Positions 50,977 to 63,900 of a stretch of 64,000 bases of DNA are shown piece after piece. This DNA comes from Azolla caroliniana (taxonomy: Eukaryota > Plantae > Polypodiophyta). The stretch spans positions 11,098,001 through 11,162,000 of the forward strand of contig JBHGNT010000006.1 of the NCBI GenBank assembly GCA_043228905.1, read 5' to 3'. Position 1 is the first letter of the stretch; each line of letters begins with the position of its first letter. Below the pieces are notes generated by a model. The model was not told where the DNA came from and made no database searches. It was given only the letters and a program-made list of their open reading frames with translations. Made by a program: the position numbers and the translations under genes.

Positions 50977-52914
50977 AATTGGCCCTCGAGCTCTACGACA
51001 CGATCGACAACCTTCTCCACGCTCGCGTCGTTGTCCTGAGATCTCATCATTTGCTCGACGATTAGCATCATTCTTTCGAGCTCTCCCGCTTGGTTGCTTG
51101 AGGACGCCATCTCCAAGTATTAATCTCGACTTGATCCTCCCTACCGCCTCTTTCACGTCGGGTTCACCACTTAATTATGTCGTGAAGATCCATCACTACG
51201 CGCGGATCGTGAGGCGGAACCGCCGGGGTTCTGGACCGGAAGGATTCAAAGTCGGTACAAGCTTTGGCGCAAGCTTTAGCGAGAAAGTACTTAAGATAGA
51301 TTGGGAAAGAGAGAAGTTGAGATCAAACAATTGAGAGAGATTGATTGAACTTTTATCTTTGGATTTAAGAAACAAGTTACATGATCAATTTGATAATGAA
51401 TTTCTTCTTCTTAATTTCATAACCCAAAAAAACGTGTTTTTTCTCCTCCCCCCTCCTTTTATAGATGCTCTCATGCATATGATGCATGTGGGGGTACAAG
51501 ACATGCATAAAATGCATGTTTGCCATTTGGTGCCGATGTATTACATGTGGTGCATGATAACCATGTCACTCATTTTAGCTCTCATGTATGAGAATTTACA
51601 TGTAAAAGTACAATGATAGAAATATAAATTCCACTAATTGGCATGGCTTAATGGTAAGCCAATTGACTCCTAACTTGGAGGTGCAAGGTTCGAATCCTTA
51701 CTTGCCCTCCACACATAGACACAAAGATAATATCTTTTGCTCTACCTTATATATGATGAGAGCCGTATTTGTCGTGCCTATGTGGGATATCTCACAATTT
51801 TCTCTTTTCCTTTCACAAAGTTTATACCCTCATATCTTGACATTTAGTTGTTCGTTTCTCGTGTAATAATGTGCATTCGAAACCTCCATCATTTTGTACT
51901 TAGATATTAAATTTATTTAAAATGTTATCTTCACAATTATTGTATTATGTGATTCATACTCGATTTCGTACGTTTTATGGGATTTTCACACTATTGCCGA
52001 AAATCTTCACAACACCGCTAAGACACAATGTTTTTTCAAAATATGATTGCTAGTCATGGGAAAACATTTGCATTTCAGTTGAGTGAAATTGGTTGTGTAG
52101 ACTCAACATTTGTGGAACCAATGACTATATTCACGGTTCCACATATTCCTTGGAATTTAAGGCCTATCCATGTTCCTCAAGCCCAAATACCGCAAGTAAT
52201 ACCTTTGCTTAAGGAAAAATAGAAATGGGTATCTTGGAGCCATCAGATGCCCCCTACTTGAATAAGTGGTTTACTGTACCTAAAAAGAATGGTTCATTAA
52301 GGTTCATTCAATATTTACAACTTGTCAATAGAGTTACTATTTGAAACGTTAGTGTTGGACTAATTGTAGATGCCTCTATAGAAGCTTTCACAGGAAGAGG
52401 TATAAATTCCATGCGTGATTTATATTCAGGATATGATCAATTTCAGCTTGCTATTTATAGTCGTGATATAATTACTATAAGAACACCAATTGCAAAATGC
52501 TCGGTGAATAAGAAGGATGAAAAATTCATGCCGAACGGATGTAGAAAGTTTGTTGTGGACCACATTCGTGATTGTTAAAGAATCCTTTGAAGGTTAGACG
52601 AGGTTCATCTTACATTTTCAGGTCAAAAATCCATGTTTGGGGCTCCCAAAGTTTTGATTGTGGGGCACATGTGAGGCCCCTACGGAAAAAAGGCATCCCC
52701 AATTAAGGTAAATGCAATTCAAAATCTAAAGGATGATTGTAAGTCTCTAACGGAAGACGTAGGTTTCTAGGTGCTTGTGTGTTTTACCAAATTTGGATTC
52801 CACATTTCGCACATGTGGCTGATCCACTTTATTAGTTGCTTAAGAAAAATTCAAGGTTCCTTTGGATTAATGTACATATAGAAGCAATTCGCCAACTAAA
52901 GGAAATGTTATTGA

Positions 52915-54769
52915 ATGCCCACAGAAGGCTATCCGATCATAGGGCTTTATGTATTGACCTGAAATGTATGTATTGGTTTGATTGCGAGAAGGCCATTGAA
53001 GATAATAAACAACCCCACTTGAGGATGAACCTTAAGCGAGTGCCCTTGTATTCCAAGATGGTTGAGGATATGTTACAAATGACAAAGATACAACATGGTG
53101 CCACATAAATGCAAATGAGAAGCTTTTAAGGAAGTCATTCTCTCATGCACAAACAAATGTTTTTTGACCAAGCACACATCTTGGAAATGCATCACGAAAT
53201 GTTGTTCAAAGAAATATGGTTTGATAAAGAATGTCATGAAGCTCGAAAGTGCCATATGATTTTGGATGTAAATAAGGATAAAGAAAATTTTACCAAAAGC
53301 ATTTGCATGAGTACAAAAGGCTGATTCAAAGAAGGAGAAGAATATGGGAAATTGCTCAAAAATTTCTCAATTTCTCCAAACACAAGAGAAAGCTCATGCA
53401 TGTGCTAAAATTTGGGGAAATCTAAAGGGGAAACATGTTGAGAGTTATGGTGACTTCACTCTTATTGACTTGTCTATGCATTGTAAGAATTTATATGAGC
53501 CATCTCCCATTCCTCTACCTCGTCTAAAGGCGTGGAGGTCTAGATAGGGAGGGCTATAGGGAGAGTTAGGTCAAATGGAGGAGGGGTAGAGGCATAAATA
53601 GGAAAATTGGAAGGGTAGAGGAAAAAAGGTTAAAGGTGGGATGGGGTAAAAAACATTTTAAAACAAAGTGGAGGGAGGGGGTAGAGGTAAAAGTGAGGGA
53701 GGGGTAGAGGTATGATAATAAGAAAAAAAAGAAAGGTGAGGGTTTAAAGGGTTTGGAGGGTATTTAAACAAAGGTAAGGGGAGGGGTCGGAGGGTGGTAA
53801 TTTAGGAAAAGTGAGGGGAAGGGTAGGGTGGTAATTTTGAAAAGTAGAGGAAGGGGTAGGAGGGTAATTTGGGAAAGTAAAGGGAGGGGTAGGAGGGTAG
53901 TTTTAGGAAAGTAAAGAGTGGGTAGAGTTTTGAAAAGTTACAAAATGCCGGCTACTAAAAATGTAGTCCCAAGCACATCCTACAAACGGGAAAAAAAAGG
54001 ATGGGAAGTAAAATAAAACATTACACGGCTACATTAAGTAGTTGGGGAGCGATGCGTATGAGGGGGATGTAGAGAAGCGAGAGAAAGTCGATGACACCAT
54101 TTGCAATGCCACGTAACGTTTTGTGGAGGCACTCGACACGAACGAGGGCTCGGTGGTTGACGATGCTATCCCGTTGTGGGTGCCTATCCCCGATACGTGG
54201 GGCTCCGTAGAAAGTAAGAGCATGTTCTATGTTGACCATACGGTTGTGACAAGGAGTGCGGAATGGTAGATCATCGGTGGGTAGAGCTTAGATGTAAGAG
54301 AGGTTTAGGGTTTAGGGGTTTAAGAGGGGTGTAGGGTTTAGGGTTTAGGGTTGATGACCTTACGGTTGTAACAAGCACTGCGGAATGGTGGATCATCGAC
54401 GGGTAGAGGTAGGCGAAGAGGAACACCAAGCTTGATTTGAGCGCACTCGAATCGAAGACGAGGTAGAGGAAGGGGAGAGGGGAAACGTATAAAGGCTGAA
54501 ATGCTTACTTATTAAATGGATGGGGAATGAAGCACCATCATGGTTGGCTCACTAATGGAAAAACTATTTGGATGTATGGTACTTCAAGAAAGCTTTTGAT
54601 ATGGTACTTCGTGAGCATCTTTGGAGGCAAATGGAAGAACTTGAGGTGCCATGTGAATATATGCTTACAATCTCCTGAATATATACAAAGGTTATATGTT
54701 GTGTGCGTATGAGCAATAAAATTTCAGATTTTTTCAATACCACTATTGGTGTTAAGCAAGGATGCCCTC
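52915..54769 (+). mobile_element. Degenerate LINE fragments (endonuclease end and RT start), interrupted by a TIR element and truncated by copia E
   Basis: LSDHRALCIDL and IWFDKECHEARK at 52.9-53.3 kb; KAFDMVLREHLW and TTIGVKQGCPL at 54.6-54.77 kb. Confidence 0.75.
53500..54481. mobile_element. ~1-kb non-coding element bounded by 26-bp inverted repeats (MITE-like)
   Basis: CCATCTCCCATTCCTCTACCTCGTCT (53500-53525) versus the reverse complement of 54456-54481, 24/26 match; no clear TSD. Confidence 0.6.
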
Positions 54770-57700
54770 TGAAAAGAGTAGAGTGCGAAAGCTTGTAGAC
54801 GAAACCGGCTTCACCGGTTAGCAACAGAGAATAAGCACAGGTTTAATGGAAAGCTTAATAACACACAGAGAGAGAGAGAGAGTGTACGGGGGAGAGAGAG
54901 AGAGAGCAAAACAACATAAACTCAATTTCAAAATATCACTCTATACATACAATGTGCTCACAGACCACGTTTTATACAAGTCCTTAAAAGGAATGGCAGA
55001 AGTATTGACATGTACTTCAATGCTCATACAAGCAACTAACACTAACTCCAAAAAATATGCCTACGTACTAGGCTAGGACCATAAGCCTCGAATGACCTAT
55101 AGGTTACAATCCTATCCGGCTCTTGGTTCGGGGTACCGATCCAGATACCTATCCGGTTCTCCGTTCCGGATACTGATCCGACTCTGGCTTATTCAGCCGA
55201 TCTATATCCGGTTGAGCTTGTCCGCTCAACACTCCCCCTCACGGTCAGCTTGAGGTCGGATCGTGGTGTCAATGTTTGCCAATCCTTCCCTCCGGCCCCT
55301 CTTGGTGTCTTCATGCCTCACTCGTGCTCCTTGACCCGTCCGGTTCCGCTTTCCACGACCCATTCAGTTCCACGCACCTCGGCCTTCTTGATCGGCTAGC
55401 CTGCTCAAAAGGCCCATCTCAGCTCCTTTGTTGCGACGACTTTGGCGCTTCTCGACCCATCGATTTCCGCTCCCTTCTAGTCCGTTTAAAATTGAGTTGA
55501 TTTGATTCCTTCGAATCAAACGCCTCTTCTGATTCGGGTGCCTCCGATTCGTTCTAGCTCTTGTCCGAATTGGCTGTCTCCAATTCGTCCTCAATTTTCA
55601 AGCCCTTTACCAAATCAGACCATGTCTTGGTCTTGGCCTTCTTCTTCCGGTCGGCTCTGGCCTTCTTGACTCTACCGCCATCGCCACTTGTTCTGACTTG
55701 TTCGGATGTGCCAACTTCTTCAATCGACTCAGCTCCCTTTTTCTTCTTGTCTCCCCCTATTTCAGTTTCCATATCTTCGGCTCTTCGTCCGATGCCATTA
55801 CTTGTTTTCCCGATTTCTGTTCTAGTTCTCCCCATATCAGTACCGGTTCTCCATCACAAGTGCGGCATGTCGAGATGTTGTGGCCCAAGCACCTCCAAAA
55901 AATGTTGCAACTTGTTGGTGCCAAGTGCCTTGGTGAAGATGTAGGAAACTTGTCGATTCGTCCGAACATACCAATGTTCAACTTCACCGCCGAAGTCCCA
56001 CTCATCCTCAAAGTGATCATGCACTTCTATGTGCTTCGTCCGAGCATGGAACACGGGGTTCTTGGCCAGCTGCATGCTACTCATGTTGTCGTAGTAGATC
56101 GATAGTGCCCTGATACTCAACCTTAATGCTCGACAGAGCCATTGTCGGCTGCTTTTTGCTGCTCCATGCAACAACAACGCTAGCAAGAGAGAACATAAAT
56201 TTGGAACTAGACCGATGATCCGACGCGTCACAGGCCCAGTCAACATTTGTATAACCGACTAGCTTCTCGGTTATACCGTGTCGGTGTAACAGTTCCTGAT
56301 CCTTAGTGCCGCTAACATACATGAGTATTTGGTGCGCGCACTGAAGGTGCTCCACGGTCGGCTTCTACGTAAACAAACTCATCATACCGATCAGATATCT
56401 GGTGTCAGGTCGGGTGATAGTAAGATAAATGAGGCTTCTGACAATTTGTTGGAACCGTTTCTCGTTGCAGGCTAGTCCGAAGTCCGGACATAGTTTCAAG
56501 TTCTGGTCCAGGGGTGTGGAGATTAGTCAACAATCGGTCCTCTAGGTCCTTCATTTCGAATGCATCTAATAGTTGGGATTTCACTTGGCTGATTTCAGCG
56601 AGTCCGGGTCCGGTAACGACTAGATCATCCACATATAGCAGGATACATACCGGACCGTCCGGACCTTTCCGGATGAACAACGAGGAGTTAGACTTGGAGG
56701 CTGCAAACCCCATCTTATGCAACCGGTGTGTGATTTTCGAATTCCAAGCACGGGGGGCTTCCTTCAAGCAGTAAAACGCCTTCCTGAGTCGGTAGACTAC
56801 CAACTTATTCATCTTCGACTGAAAACCGGGGGGCTGAGTCATATAGACTTACTCTTCAAGATTTCCTTGAAGAAACACATTCTTCACGTCCATCTGGTGA
56901 AGATTCCACCCCCTTGCCACAACAACCGCTAGCACCACACGAAGCGTCGTCATCTTCGCTACGATGGGAGCGAAGGTCTCGTCGTAGTCGATTCTGTGGG
57001 TCTGCGCATATCCTTTGGCCACTAACCGGACCTTGTATCGGTTGACCGAACTGTCGGCATTGTACTTCACTTTGAATACCCACTTGCAGCCGATTGGTTT
57101 GCAATGTCGGGGATGGTCAACCAGGTCCCATGTGTCATTGCCATCAAGTGCCCGCATCTCTTCCTCCATAACGGCACGCTAGTTCGCGTCCTTTGCCGCC
57201 TTTATGTATCTCTCTGGCTCACGCACTTCTGCCACTTTCGTCATGTATGCATAGTGATACGCCATGTACTCATTATAATAGTGTCATTTTACGAGGTTCT
57301 TCTAGTGGCTTGATCGGCATAATTTCTCATTAGACGATTTCAAAGCCCTCTTGGCCGGCTCGGACTTCGTTTCCGAATGTTTGTCTTCGTTCTTTCTCGA
57401 GTCGGATTCACTCCGATCCCACTTGTCTCTGCCAATGCTGTATTCCGACATCTTCTTCTTCCCCTCCTCTTTTTGCGTGAATTGTCTCCTTGATTTCTTG
57501 CAATGAGGACATCACGACTAAATCTCCAGTACTCACCGAGTGTTCATTTGATTGGTTATTCCGACTGCTCGTACGGCCTACTTAGCCGAAATGAGATGGG
57601 ACTCTCTTCTAGAGTACTGAATTATTTTTCCTCTTCCACCTGGATTGTTTCAGGCTCACTGGCCTCATCTTCCGGAATTGGGTCAGAGTCAGTAAGGAGT

Positions 57701-58252
57701 ACCTGGATGCCAACTCGTTAAATTCGACATCTCGGCTCACTCAAACTTGTTTTGTTCGGGGTTATAGCACTTATAACCCTTTTGCTCATGTGAGTAGCCA
57801 ACAAAGATACACTTTCATCGCCTCTCATCCGCCACATGCACATAGGCTATGCTGCCGAATACCCTACAGTGTCATAAATTCGGCTTATGCCCGAAATACA
57901 GCTCGTGTGCTAACACCTTATTCCCGATCCATTTTTGAATGGCTGTCTGGACCGCTTCGGCCTAGTAGAACTTAGGCATGCTTTTCTCCTCAAGCATCGC
58001 CCTTAGCACCTACACAATCGACCGGTTCTTCCTTTCGGCTACGCCATTCTGTTCCGGTATGTATCAACAACTTAATTCCCTCCAAATTCCTTTCTGCTAC
58101 ATATAATAGTTGAATTGGCCGGAAAAGTATTCTTTTCCGCCATCCGACCATAGATACTTGATCTTTCTCTCTGTTTCCCATTTGACAAAACTTTGCAAGT
58201 TCTGAAAATAGTCGAAGACTTCGCTTTTCTTCTCGATGAGATAGATCCATGT
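54770..58252 (-). mobile_element. Element E: 3' part of a degenerate Ty1/copia related to the 45-51 kb copia
   Basis: 3' LTR 54770-55231 (start TGTTGAGCGGACAAGCTCAACCGG on minus); PPT 55232-55240; RH, RT and integrase fragments; cut at 58252 by LTR C. Confidence 0.9.
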
Positions 58253-59471
58253 TGTCGTGGAAATCCATGGATATGTGTTGGAACAAGGCAGGACCACCGG
58301 GGTCTTGGACCAAGGAGTCGACAAAAGAAGAGGGGTCGTTCGGATCAGTCTCTTGATAACCTCACCGGATCGATGTCCGGAAGAGTATTCCGATCGAGGA
58401 GTGCATGGCTCAGAGATGTATGTTTTCCTAGACCGGATGTTAGGTAGAACGAAGAACTCATGGCCTCACGCTCCTGAAAACGGACGTTCATACACGATCA
58501 GAGAAGAAACAAAGCACAACGATACCAAAACACATGAGGAATCAACAAAACTAATGATTAATAGAGGAACAGAAAGAGTACAACCAGATGCAATTGGCAA
58601 AAGAGCTACAAGCTCGCGACGCACGCACATAGACATAGAATAATGAGCAGCTAGTCGGGAGCACACGGGCTACCTACGCGGGCAGTGGACTACACCTTCT
58701 TCTCGAAATCAGCTCAAAACAGAAAACAGAGGGAATGACAGAGCTCGGATCTCAAACCTGCAACACTTCGTTCTCCAAAACGGTCAATCCCATGTCAACC
58801 TTTCTCCCTCCTTTTATAGTTCAAGGAAGGAGAGACCGTTACATCAGGCTGTTTAAGAGAACCGCTTTCAGTCCCTGATTCTCTCCTCCATTCCCTCACA
58901 TCATATCTCTCATTCCTCTCTATACGTGTGGGGCATAAAGTACTTTAACAAATCACTCTACCTAGTATTAACACACATAAGTATTTACATATTTCTGTAC
59001 ATAAAGACTAATTCGTGTGTATCCATGCACACGCCTGTTCCCGCGCTCTTCGTCTCCCTTCTCCTAGTAGCTGGAATTCCTCACGACATCCAACCCCACC
59101 AAACTGCACATCCTCCGACTTATGCCAAGTAGTGAAGTGTTGGGGATTTTGGCTTGCACTTTACCCGCCCTCCCTCGATCTGTCGTCGGTCCAGTCTTCA
59201 GCCGACTCCTCACCCTCACTGGTGCTTTCGTCTCTAATTTCCATATCTGGATCCGCTTCGTGCCGTTTCTTGAAGGCCTTGATCCATTTTCCCGCAACCG
59301 GTACTGTGATCCTTGTTCCGTCAAGCTCTGCAAGGTGATATGTCATGTTGTCATTGGCACTTGTCACCACGTACGGCCCGAACCATTGCTGTGTGAACTT
59401 CCGGGTCAATCTGTGCTGATTGTCGAGGCTATTGTCGTAGACTAGCACCAAATCGCCTTCCTTGATCTTCT
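58253..59471 (-). mobile_element. Element C: 3' LTR (58253-59088), PPT and integrase C-terminus of a Phygy-like gypsy
   Basis: TGTCGTGG..TCACGACA; PPT at 59089-59104; ORF 59161-59451 WFGPYVVTSANDN homologous to B. Confidence 0.9.
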
Positions 59472-59649
59472 TGTAACTATTCTAGATAATAAAGCATCTA
59501 TGTATAAAAAACCCTAACATAATGATTCTTATTGATAGTAGATATATAGGTACAATCTTGGAAAGTAGTTACATATGAACCTTCATGGTTCTTGAAGTAA
59601 AAACAATTACATGTGAACCTTCATGGTTCTTTATTCATGGTAAAGTATT

Positions 59650-60916
59650 ATCTAATGTACCGGTTGACCGAACCATCGATATTGTACTTTACCTTGTACA
59701 CCCACTTACAACCAATCGGTTTACAGTGTCGGGGAGGGTCGACTAGGTCCCAAGTGTCGTTGGCATCGAGTGCCCGCATTTCTTCCTCCATAGTGGCACG
59801 CCAATTTGCGTCTTTGGCTGCTTCTACGTAGCTCTCCGGCTCACGCACTTCCGTCACCTTGATCATGTACACATAGTGATGCGTCAAGTACTCATTGTAC
59901 CCGTATCTCTTTACGGGGTTCTTCTGGCGGGTTGATTGGCATAACTTGTCCTTACCCGGTTTGAAGCCCTTCTTGGCTGGTTCAGACTTCACTTCTGAAG
60001 ATCCGCCTTCTTCCTTTCCGTAGTCGGATTCGCTCCGATCCGACTCATCGGTACCGATTTCGTATTCCAACGTCTTCTTCTTCCCCTTCTCTTTGCGTGT
60101 GAACTGTCTCCTCGGTTCCTTCCGCGGGGAGAGCACGATAGAGTCTCCACTACTCGCTGGTTCGGCATCCGACTGGTCAGTTTGACCCAGTTGCTCGTTC
60201 GGCCCGCTCAACCGAAACGATTCTAGACTCTCTTCTAGAATACCAAACTCTTCATCTTCTACCGAGACCTCTTCGGCCTCACTAGCCTCATCCTCCGGAA
60301 TCAGGTCGGAGTCCGAAGTTGGAGTCGGTAGGGTGTACCATGATGCCAATTAATCAAACTCGACATCTCGGCTTACTCGGACTTGCTTAGTCCGGGGGTT
60401 ATAACACTTATACCCCTTCTGCTCATGCGAGTAGCTGACTAGGATGCACTTCTCCGACTTCGGATCCAGCTTCCTCCGCTTCTCATCCGGTACATGCACA
60501 TATGCAATGCTACCGAATATCCAAAGGTGTCTCAAATTCTTCTTGTGCTCGAAATACAACTCGTGTGCTGACACCTTGTCTTCGATCCTGTTTTGGATGT
60601 AGACAGTCGTCTGGATGGCCTCAGCCCAGTAGAATTTGGGCATGCTCTTCTCCTCCAGCATTGCCCTTGTCACGTTGACAATCGACCGGTTCTTCCTTTC
60701 GGCCACACCGTTCTATTCCGGTGTGTATTTGCAGTTGAATTCTCTCTGAATTCCCTTTTGTTGTAGATAATTGTTGAATTGGTCAGAAAAGTATTCTTTT
60801 CCTCCATCTGACCTCAGGCTCTTGATCTTCCTCTCAATTTCCCGTTCGATGAAACTTTGCAAGTTCTGGAAACAATCAAAGACTTCGCTCTTCCTCTCAA
60901 TGAGGTAGGTCTACGT
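59650..60916 (-). mobile_element. Element F: internal Ty1/copia fragment (integrase to RT start)
   Basis: AERKNR, SEKCILV, GYKCYNP, CKPIGCKWVYKVKY; cut at 60916 by LTR G. Confidence 0.9.
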
Positions 60917-63900
60917 TGTCGTGAACTTATTGCTTCACGATGTCAAAACAATGTCAAAAATCTATAGAAAAAAATTTCCTTTATGGAGCTTGTGACGAGG
61001 AGCATGTGCAAATTTTCGGTCCGTGAATTGGAGTTTTGGAGCGCAAGATACAAGCTTCGGAAGGATTAATGTTACTCGGGACACAAATGTAATTATGTCA
61101 AAAGTGGGAGTCAAACTTAAATGAGGGCTATCTCTATAAATTCTCAAATGTACAACTACAAAATCGAATTTGTAGATTCAATAAATCAAATAATAGTAAA
61201 TATAAATAAATAAATAATACCAACCGCCTCAAGAGGGTGGTAGGGCGGTTGACCATCCTATATAAGCCATGCCCATGGTGCCTAAAGAAGGGAAGAAGGA
61301 GAAGAAGAAGAAGAAGGAGAAGAAGAAGAAGGAAAAGTGAGTGAAGAAGCTCACGTGGGTGTGGGATGCAGAGCTCGCCAAAGAAGATGGTGGCCTGCAT
61401 AAATCAAGACAAGAGTTGAAGAAAAGAAACAAAATAGAAGAAAAGGAAGAAATGGAAGCGGTGTATCTTAGATGCCACTTTGTAAACAAATGGTTGTGAG
61501 TTTGAAAATTTATATATAAAGTGAATGAGAAAGACAAATAAATAGAAACCAAAGAGATTGAAGTGGTCTATCTCAAACGCTTCTTCTCAAATAGAGTTCG
61601 TGAATTCAAGTCTTGCCACGTAACTTTTGGCAAATAAATATTGTAAGTGGTTGTTTTACAAATAAAATTCTTTTCACACCATCTGCGATTACGCCTTGTC
61701 ACCCCGATCATCCCCGAGTCACAGAACCCCAGCGGTTGCGACACACAACCACAATCTTCTTGACACAAATTTGGTGAACCCGACGTGAAGTGTCGTCGAC
61801 AAGGGGAGTTTTGGAGTTAAAGTTTTCCAAGAGAAGGATGGAAAATCAAAGAAAATGGCGGATAAAGGTGCCAACACAGAGATGGCAAATAAGGGCTTCA
61901 ATGAAGATATGAAAAGTTTCATGATGAAGATGATGAATCAGATGCTTCAAGAGCAAAGTGCAATGAACCGGATGGAAAGTGAGTTAACGCTCGCCGTACA
62001 AACGGTCATCTAAAGGATAAGCAAATTTAATGGCGAGGACGTCACCCAGTTCCTTGAGGTCTACGAATACGAGATGGCCAGTAGAGGGGCAACCGGGGTA
62101 CAAATGGTGTCGCATATCAACCGGGTTTGCACACTTGATGTCTGAGCGAGGGTAACGGAATTATCGGAGAAATTTTGTGAAGATTGGCCTAGGTTTCATC
62201 AAGCATTGCTTGATGAATATATGCTAGATGACCAGACCAGAATGTCAAAGAAAAGCTTTCTCGAATGGATCGAGAAAGGGGGTAAAGGACTCTTAGTGTT
62301 AGAGTTGTTGAGAGAGTTCGAGAAAAGATATAATGAGCTCTCGGTGAAAGACCGAGAACTATTACAATTAGAGAAAGTGGATTTATTCGTTCGAGCGACA
62401 GATAAATCTTTTAGAAAAGATATCACCATCCTTCTAGAAGACCGGACAAGCACAACCAGTTTGGTGTCCGATTGGGCAGAAGTACTCGAGGCTTGTCAAG
62501 TACTAAGAAAGAGGGCGCCAAGGATAGAGGATAGCTATGACAATAGAATAAAGACAACAGCCAGAGAACATCCAAAACAAGAATCAAGAACTCGAACGGA
62601 TGATAGCAAAGGAAAGGAGCCAAAATCTGCGATTGATGAACTGATAAAGGGAATGCGGGATCTACAACTCAAGTTCACAAAACTTGAGAAGGGTGAAAGC
62701 TCGGGTGTTCAACAAAAGCCCAATGAATGAGAAAAGGTTGAATTCGTCCACCGATGCATATGGTGCAATAACACGGAGCACCAAAAAAGGGATTGGCAGA
62801 GCCATAAGGAAGCATTAGAAAGAAATGTTATCTTCTATCAAAATGGGAGAATCCACTCCTCGGAGACCCGACAACCCCTAAAAACCAACTTTGGCAAAGG
62901 TGGGATGAAGAATGTGATGGAGGAAGAAGAGTCGAAGAATGTTCAAACAATGTGCTTTTCGACTACTTCCGGATTGAAGGTCGACGATCCCTAGATTGGA
63001 TCAGGATTCTGGGGAACAATGATAAAGTCCGCTACTGACAAAAGAGTCCAACCACAGGACTTGCGAAAGGTCAACGACGAAATGAGGAATAGTACTGGGT
63101 GGGATCACCCTGTAGATTCACTCACAACAATCACAAAGATAGCAGGGGTGAATGCCCACGAAGTGACAGTCGAAGAAAAGAGAAGGAAAACTGAAGAAGT
63201 GGGACCTTCTAGAAAACCCGAGAACAAAAGAGATGAGAAACTGAAAGAGTTGCTGCAGAGGCGATGAAAGAAGACAAAGGTAAGCAAAAGATAGCCCCGT
63301 CATTCAAACTCGCCTCCGACATCGAAACATGTGCTAGAATCAAGGATTCTAGATAGTAAAGTTGAGTTAACACTCCGAGAAGTACTAGGGATCGCGAAGA
63401 AGGAATTTCATGAAGTGATTATTGATGTGATCCGGAGAAAAAGACAAGTGGTTGAAGAAATGGGTGGAGTAAATACCAACATGATACAGGAGGAAGATGA
63501 AGATACAAAGATTGCATTGTTAGCGGGGGTACGAAGTGCGGACATGCAGTGTAGTCATGAAGAGGAAAGAAGCCATTACACCCGCACACACTAGGCTCGG
63601 GCGACAACTGAGGCTCCAATCAGAATTGGAGATTAGATGGAACTATCTGTGGCACTCATCAACCACGGCTCCGAGATTAACATCATATCATCTGATTTCT
63701 ACAATCGCGGGAGATGACCAATAGAGAGAAACCACGGGTCGAAGGTCAGAGCAGCGACCGAGGTCATAGAGGATTTATGTGGCGCATGCCCCAATATTAA
63801 AGTTACAATTGGGGACGTATCAATAGATCAAAACTTCTTTGTCCAAGAGAAGAAGTCATTTTATCCAGTAATCCTAGGGCAATCGTACATCACAACAATA

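Larger units (their letters stand above)
38428..52014 (-). mobile_element. Element B: full-length Phygy-like Ty3/gypsy retrotransposon inserted in D and itself interrupted by a copia
   Basis: LTRs 38428-39497 (1070 bp) and 51178-52014 (837 bp); 4-bp TSD CCGC; PBS TGGTGAACCCGACGTGA 51153-51169 (tRNA-Trp); PPT 39498-39514. gag CCHC knuckle CVWCDSMDHMRRDC; protease ALIDHGSEIN; RT PQGATNS/FLDD; RNase H; integrase ending in WFGPY with no chromodomain. Confidence 0.95.
27264..52910 (+). mobile_element. Element D: old, 3'-truncated Phygy-like Ty3/gypsy element hosting several nested insertions
   Basis: 5' LTR split into 27264-27515 and ~35153-35596; its start TGTCGTGA..CACGATG.AAAAYAAT is homologous to the LTR of G, and an ~80-bp internal repeat continues across the break. 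PBS TGGTGAATCCGACGTGA at 35603-35619. Degenerate gag-protease 35639-37798. RT 38.2-38.4 kb resumes at 52019-52910. Confidence 0.8.
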
